This document shows positions 57,631 through 64,000 of a DNA stretch of 64,000 nt, one piece after another. Position 1 is the stretch's first letter; each line of letters begins with the position of its first letter. The translations under genes and the position numbers were made by a program. The stretch covers positions 38,688,001 through 38,752,000 of the forward strand of contig OX597825.1 of NCBI GenBank assembly GCA_951406725.2. The letters are read 5' to 3'. The notes under the pieces were generated by a model, which did no database searches, was not told the DNA's origin, and saw only the letters and a list, made by a program, of their open reading frames with translations. The DNA is from Octopus vulgaris (Eukaryota).

Positions 57631-59423
57631 ACAGATGGTCTGCTTCTCTGCCGCTGTGTTGTAACCAATGTTTTTCATCGTGAATATTAGAGTTTAGCGC
57701 GCCGTGACAACTTTATACTAGCAGATTTATGATTAAAGGCGCTTCTGCAGTGACCATTTTGTCTTTTTGAAATATTAGATTTCTTTGTTAAGTTTTAGCA
57801 TGTGAAAGAAGAGAGACTTACATGATATACACTGGCAGTTTCAACGAAAATGTACAAACACCATTCTAACTCGGTGATAATATTATGTATTCGGTGGGAA
57901 CCAGAGTTAAATACACTGAAACATGTTTAGATACAAAAAAATTTCATATGCATGTACAATAGGAGGTCAATTTTTACAGACGATCTATTTACAACCAGTA
58001 CATCAGGGTTTCGGTAATTTCGTGAGCCCTCAATGATATTTCGAGTAATTTTCTTTAGCTTTGGGTGAACCAATATCATGTCAGAGAAACTTGAGTCTTG
58101 TCGGAAGGATTGTTACATGAATTTATAGGTACAGCCTTGGGAAAAACGATATGTCATGTTGATTCTGACAAAGAATCTGTGGAATGCGTTCTCGTTATTG
58201 GATTATTTCAATCAGTAGGTAAATCTGGTGATGGAACAAATGATTTCCCATCGTCAGCGACGGCCATACTTCGCTTTTACATACATCTGATTGATGTTAC
58301 TGTTGTTGATATCACGTCATCCATTATCAAACGAGTTACATTCAAAGGTCTCCCCACTCTCTCTCTCTCTCTCTGTATATATATATATATATGTAATATT
58401 ATTTACAGGCATACAGGGATAGACAGAGAGATAGCGTGAGCGGCAGAAAGTGAGGTAAAGAGAGAGGGAGAAAGGAGAGAGAGATGGTAGAGAGAGCAAG
58501 ACACACACATTCAAACACATGTATCTGCCTCTAGAAATATACTGCGGTATATAAATGATGAGATATTTTAATGTTGCTTAGATTATAACACATGGTCTTA
58601 TATGTATGCATACATACATAATATGCATATATGAATGTAGTACTGCGTGTGTATAGAGATCTTATATGTATGTATGTGTGTATATATATATATATATATA
58701 TTTATATACATAGAGAGGTAGAGAGAGGAGACAAATAGATAAATAGATAGATATATATATAGATATAGATAGATATAGGAGTTGTTTATATATTGAAATG
58801 CTAATATCCCATGCCCTGTATTTTACTACGCGTTTTCGCGTAGTAAAATGAGTTAATGAGAACGAGCCTAGTTTTGAATATATATATGTATCTGTGTATG
58901 TGTATTGGGCTATCTTTGTTCATAAATAATTGATTATACATATTTGAGTGAATACCATTATTCACTGGACAAAAGTTCGAAAACACAGGTGGTAAAAAGG
59001 TAAGCCTCTTCACAGAATATTTGGAGGTTCGAATACAAGTTTGATTCTATGTGATGGAGAATTTTGTGTGTGTACCTATATCTATACCTACACTTGTATA
59101 CATACATGGCATGTATATATTCATATATGTATGTAAACACTCGACTACACACCCTACTACATATATATAAGTTCGTATCCATTTGTGTGAGTATATTTGT
59201 TTCAGTTGTTGGACGATTGTCTTTCAAGTTACTTTTCTGTAAATACTTAGTTTTTACATTTGCTAATTATTGTGTGTGTGTGTATACAAACACGCAAAAA
59301 CGCATGTGCACACACTCACACACAAGCACACACATGTATATAGTAGAATAATATAAAGCTCTTCCAATACATACATATATACATGCATAAATACATGCAT
59401 ACATACATACATATATATATAGA

Positions 59424-59488
<65 letters not shown>

Positions 59489-60196
59489 GCATATGTTCTG
59501 TATTCCTTAATGTATGCACAAACATGCACAAAAGTGTTCTGTTTTATTTCACAAATGGGCAACTAATTGTGAAATATTTTCTAAAATGTTGGAGATTAAA
59601 TCCCACTGTTGTTAGAGTTCCCGTTCATTATACCAGATAAGGTAAAATAATCATCAAGAATTTGATGCTATCCGTCACAACTTCACCTCAAAATAGCCTC
59701 AATTCGAAAATTTATTATAATCACATTTTTTGTTTTCACTGTTTGTAGTTGATGATTTTATTTTCGTCCAAATATGTCAGTATTTGTGCTATTTATCACC
59801 AAATATAATTATAAATCATTTCAAATATGATAATATAATATTTTTAGTGTTTTCCATATTGCTAAAAACAAATATTTAATTTCAGTTGTTTAAATTCTCC
59901 AGCATACAGAAAAATACTGAAGCACTTCCAAATATCCACATAAACAGAATCACGCATTCTATCAAGCACACAAACACATGATGTGTATATGTCCGCATAT
60001 ATATATCTATACGTGTATGTATGGATCTATGCAAATATGTATATGCCACTGCAAAGAGATGGGAACATATATACAAACATATATATGAAGCTTAACACAG
60101 ACACACATACTGTCTAACTATCTATCTATCTATCTATCAATCTATCTATCTATATATATATATATATATATGTCTGTATGTATGTATGTATGTATG

Positions 60197-60233
<37 letters not shown>

Positions 60234-60375
60234 ATATATATACATATACACATATATATATATATATGCATGGTTATGGGTATATACATATATTTAACAA
60301 TAAATGTATATATATGTATCTATATATATCTGTCAATCAATCTTTCTCTCCCTCTTCCCCCTCTCTCTATATCTA

Positions 60376-60444
<69 letters not shown>

Positions 60445-60554
60445 GGAAACATACAGAACATTTGTTTTACATGATTAATGAATATATTAGAATCATCACA
60501 CCACAAAGTATTATACAATATTATACAATATCATTTTCTTCCAACATGATATAA

Positions 60555-60733
60555 CCGTTTCTATATTTAAGAGATGTGGAATTATGAACATTATTTATAT
60601 TAGACGGGTATTTGTCCTAATCATGTTGGTTAATAACACAACGTTTCGGCTGATATACTCTCCAGCCGTTGATCAGGTGTCTTGGGGAAATTTCGAAACT
60701 GGGTTCTCATTGCTAAGGTATTTTGGGATATTA
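60555..60733 (-). mobile_element. Penelope-like pLTR fragment with hammerhead motif (60635-60681)
   Basis: Minus strand: GACAC-CUGAUCA-AC-GGCUG gagaguauau CAGCC-GAAAC-GUU-GUGUU; homologous to 10555-10728. Confidence 0.7.
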
Positions 60734-60748
60734 TCATTTATTATTATT

Positions 60749-60790
<42 letters not shown>

Positions 60791-60826
60791 ATTATTATTA
60801 TTATCATTATTATTATTATCATTATT

Positions 60827-61344
60827 GAGTGAGAGAGCAGTGCATGCCATCAAAGTGACATTGGAGTAAAATATACGAAGCCCAGTATACCCATCATGGT
60901 TATATGTCTGATAAGGGTTCACTAGGCACATGCATCACAGCCATATGTGCGAAACATGGTGATCTCATCAAGATAAACAGCACATGACATTGTAGGTGGG
61001 GCCTTGTTACAATTTTCTCCTAGTGGTGTAAGGCTTGTTTAAGGATATTGAACGAAACACCCATGTTTCCACATGTGAACTATTCAAACCCCAAAGAATC
61101 CCTCTCAACATATGGCTATGATGCTCCCCCACTACTTCTGCTTGTGATCAGAGATGCACATATTGCTTGTGATCAGAGATGCACGTATCGTCAGCGTCAA
61201 ACAATTGACAAGCAAATCTGTGGTATTGAGCAGAATATTTGCTGTAGCTCATTACTTAAGCAAGACAAATCAATGTACATGATAACACTTCCAATCAATT
61301 AAGATCAGAAGCCACGAGGGCAACTGCCCGGTACGCATCAGGGC

Positions 61345-61345
<1 letters not shown>
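60827..61345 (-). mobile_element. Non-coding ~520-bp retroposon-like repeat in (AAT)n, copy 1
   Basis: Homologous to 61484-62002; (ATT)n on both sides; internal 22-bp duplication at 61139-61183. Confidence 0.75.
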
Positions 61346-61417
<72 letters not shown>

Positions 61418-61483
61418 GTTGTTGTTATTGTTATTATTGTCATTATTATTATTATCATTATTATTATTATTATTATTATTATT

Positions 61484-62001
61484 GAGTGAGCGAGCAGAGC
61501 ATGCCATCAAAGTGACACTGGTGTAAAATATACGAAGCCCAGTATACCCATCATGACTACCCGTCTGATAAGGGTACACCAGGCACATGCATCACAACCA
61601 TATGTGCGCGACATGGCGATCTCATATCAAGATAAACAGCACATGACCTTGCAGGTGGAGCCCAGTTAGAATTTTCTTCAGATCGAGTAACCCATCCCGC
61701 TCAAAAGGTCCCTGAATAAGGGTTGTTTAAGGACGTTGAACGAAATACCCATGTTTCCAGAGGTGAATTATTCAAACCCCAAAGAATCCCTCTCAACACA
61801 TGGCTATGATGCTCCCCCACTACTTCTGCTCGTGATCAGAGATGCACATATCGTCAGCCAGTAAGGGACATGCTCAACTGGTTAAGGTCAAACAACTGAC
61901 AAGCAAATCTGTGGTATTGAGCAGAATATTTGCTGTAGCCCATCTTTTATACCAAGACAAAACAATGTACATGATAACACTTCCAATCAGTTAAGATCAG
62001 A

Positions 62002-62002
<1 letters not shown>
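61484..62002 (-). mobile_element. Non-coding retroposon-like repeat in (AAT)n, copy 2
   Basis: GAGTGAG.GAGCAG.GCATGCCATCAAAGTGACA...TTAAGATCAGAA, then (ATT)n. Confidence 0.75.
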
Positions 62003-62037
<35 letters not shown>

Positions 62038-62408
62038 GTTATTGTTATTATCATTATTATTATTCAAATCCCTGAATGAAATCGAACTCGGAATCTTGGG
62101 GTTAGTAGCTAGCCCCATATGCCGGTTACGCTAGCGTTTTTCAAATGTTTTAATGTTGGATACAATTTGGAGTTACAGATAACATTTCCTAGGTAACTCT
62201 AAATTATATCCAAAACTCAAAATTGAGCGTTAGCGAAACGGATTATATCTTGTTAGAAGAAGAAAAAACGTATTTTGTATAATATCGTACAATAATTTTA
62301 TGAAGATTCTAAAATATTATTTAGTCGTGTAAACGAAAACAAATCTGTGTTCCTTCATCTTTTCAGTTTCTTATATATATATATATATATATTAACGACT
62401 GAAACAAG

Positions 62409-62483
<75 letters not shown>

Positions 62484-62681
62484 TGAATGAATTATCCTAT
62501 GTTTATCGTCAGCATGGAAAATTCGTTTAACCGAAACCTGGATAGCAAATGCACGTCAGAAACACGGTTGAAGCGACCTAGCCAAGGGTAGAAACTCCGG
62601 GTTCATGTGCAGAAATTTGTGTGTTGTATATGAATAAATGAAAGAATGGAGTCGAATGAAGATGTTAACAAAATTCCTTTA

Positions 62682-62763
62682 CTCTCGACATATGTTTCGA
62701 AGACAACATATTTTCATTCCAAAGGAATAAAGGGTGCTGTATGCAATCTTCTAATCAGGAAAG
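62682..62763 (-). ncRNA. Hammerhead motif, minus-strand copy (core CUGAUUA, G8 to U)
   Basis: CUUUC-CUGAUUA-GAAGAU...GUCUUC-GAAAC-AUAU-GUC-GAGAG. Confidence 0.65.
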
Positions 62764-62871
62764 AAAGGGAGCCTCTCTCGACAACAAGACAAACAAAAAT
62801 TTCGATGACTGCCTACATGGTAAACAAAGCGATAATTTTTGTTTGTCTTGTTGTCGAGAGAGGCTCCCTTT

Positions 62872-62953
62872 CTTTCCTGATGAGAAGATTGCATAATGCA
62901 CCCTTTATTCCTTTGGAATGAAAACATGTTGTCTTGGAAACATATGTCGAGAG
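62872..62953 (+). ncRNA. Hammerhead motif, plus-strand copy (intact core, mismatched helix II closing pair)
   Basis: CUUUC-CUGAUGA-GAAGAU...GUCUUG-GAAAC-AUAU-GUC-GAGAG; palindromic helix III ACATATGT. Confidence 0.7.
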
Positions 62954-62995
62954 TAAAGGAATTTTGTTAACATTTTCGTACGTCTCCATTCTTTC

Positions 62996-63057
<62 letters not shown>

Positions 63058-63068
63058 CATACATATAC

Positions 63069-63313
63069 GTAAAAAATACAAACTGGGACAATAACGCAAA
63101 ACATTTAGAAGACGATACAGAAAACACGGACGGGACATTCGAAGCCTTCAATCTTCAGTCAAGAACCGGATCATCCTCGCACAAGATTAATCAGCCGAAA
63201 TTGCGAGAAGGATCCGGTTCTTGACTGAAGATTGAAGGCTTCCAATGTCCCGTCCGTGTTTTTTGTATCGTCTTCTAAATGTTTTGCGCTCTTGACCCAG
63301 TTTGTATTCTTTT

Positions 63314-63316
<3 letters not shown>
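63069..63316. repeat. ~113-bp inverted repeat (63069-63181 / 63202-63316) within (TA)n, Penelope-end-like
   Basis: GAAGCCTTCAATCTTCAGTCAAGAACCGGATC versus GATCCGGTTCTTGACTGAAGATTGAAGGCTTC. Confidence 0.9.
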
Positions 63317-63388
<72 letters not shown>

Positions 63389-64000
63389 CGACGCACGTAC
63401 CCTTTTGTCTTATATGTATATATATATGTAAATTAGAAAAAAAAAAAAACTTTTTATTAATTCAACAATGAAAAAATTAAATTATACCATATAGAAATAA
63501 ATTACATCCTATAGAAAAATTAAATATAAGATAAGACACATATACCAATGATTAAATAATGTGCAAGATAATAAACAAAACGTATATATTGGCTAAAATG
63601 AATACACGTGTTTCGTGGCTATATTTAAGAAATATATATATATTAGAGGAGGCTCTTAGTAATAAAATTGTAGCAAAACGGTTGTGCATCAGCATGGCTA
63701 CATCTCTCAGATGAAACAACATAATAAATATACATATATATATATTTAGATAGATAGATAGATAGCCACTGATATGCATACGTGCATAGATATACAAATA
63801 CATGCGTGCGCCTCTATACATGCGTGTGACAATGTATATACGTACAGAGAACGGTAAGTTCTAGAAGTGACGCAAGTGGAGAAGATTTCTTATTGACACA
63901 TTATCAGTTTGATATGTTCTACACACGGATTTCCCGGTCCTCTGTTCCCTTTTGAACCTTTCCCGTGTTTACAAATAGTCAAACTACGTATGTATTCGTA

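Larger units (their letters stand above)
62639..62996. repeat. 163-bp inverted repeat (62639-62801 / 62834-62996), each arm carrying a hammerhead motif
   Basis: Arms are near-exact reverse complements; the ORF track shows the same peptide on both strands; 32-bp spacer. Confidence 0.92.

Noticed and set aside
58098-58439. 113-aa non-repetitive ORF (MSEGLLHEFIG...)
   Set aside because: It has a non-ATG start, no recognisable motif, and runs into a microsatellite; it cannot be supported as coding.
62646-63151. Near-identical peptides on opposite strands (VNKIPLLSTYVSKTT...)
   Set aside because: A by-product of the inverted repeat, not duplicated genes.

Overview
AT-rich, microsatellite-saturated eukaryotic DNA that looks intronic or intergenic. 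I found no convincing host exon, and almost all ORF-track entries are (TA)n/(CA)n/(TATC)n artefacts. The SINE families and repeat landscape resemble an Octopus (coleoid cephalopod) genome; this is inferred from recognition, not from a search. Decayed transposons include mariner (9.0-10.1 kb), Tc1 with TIRs (21.8-23.0 kb), Helitrons (10.9, 24.4-27.1, 55.3-56.1 kb), CR1/L2-group, RTE, R4/Dong-like and Tx1/L1-like LINE 3' ends, and many copies of 2-3 tRNA-derived SINEs. The most interesting signal is a set of short, non-coding Penelope-like terminal-repeat elements from several unrelated families. They carry minimal type I hammerhead ribozyme motifs with palindromic helix III (1113, 10633, 13661, 28468, 47752, 60635, 62682/62872). 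The copy at 1113 has a compensatory U3-A8 core, and the pair at 62.7-63.0 kb has an extended helix II. Several of these elements form 80-165 bp inverted-repeat hairpins embedded in (TA)n. All coordinates were read by eye and may be off by a few bases.
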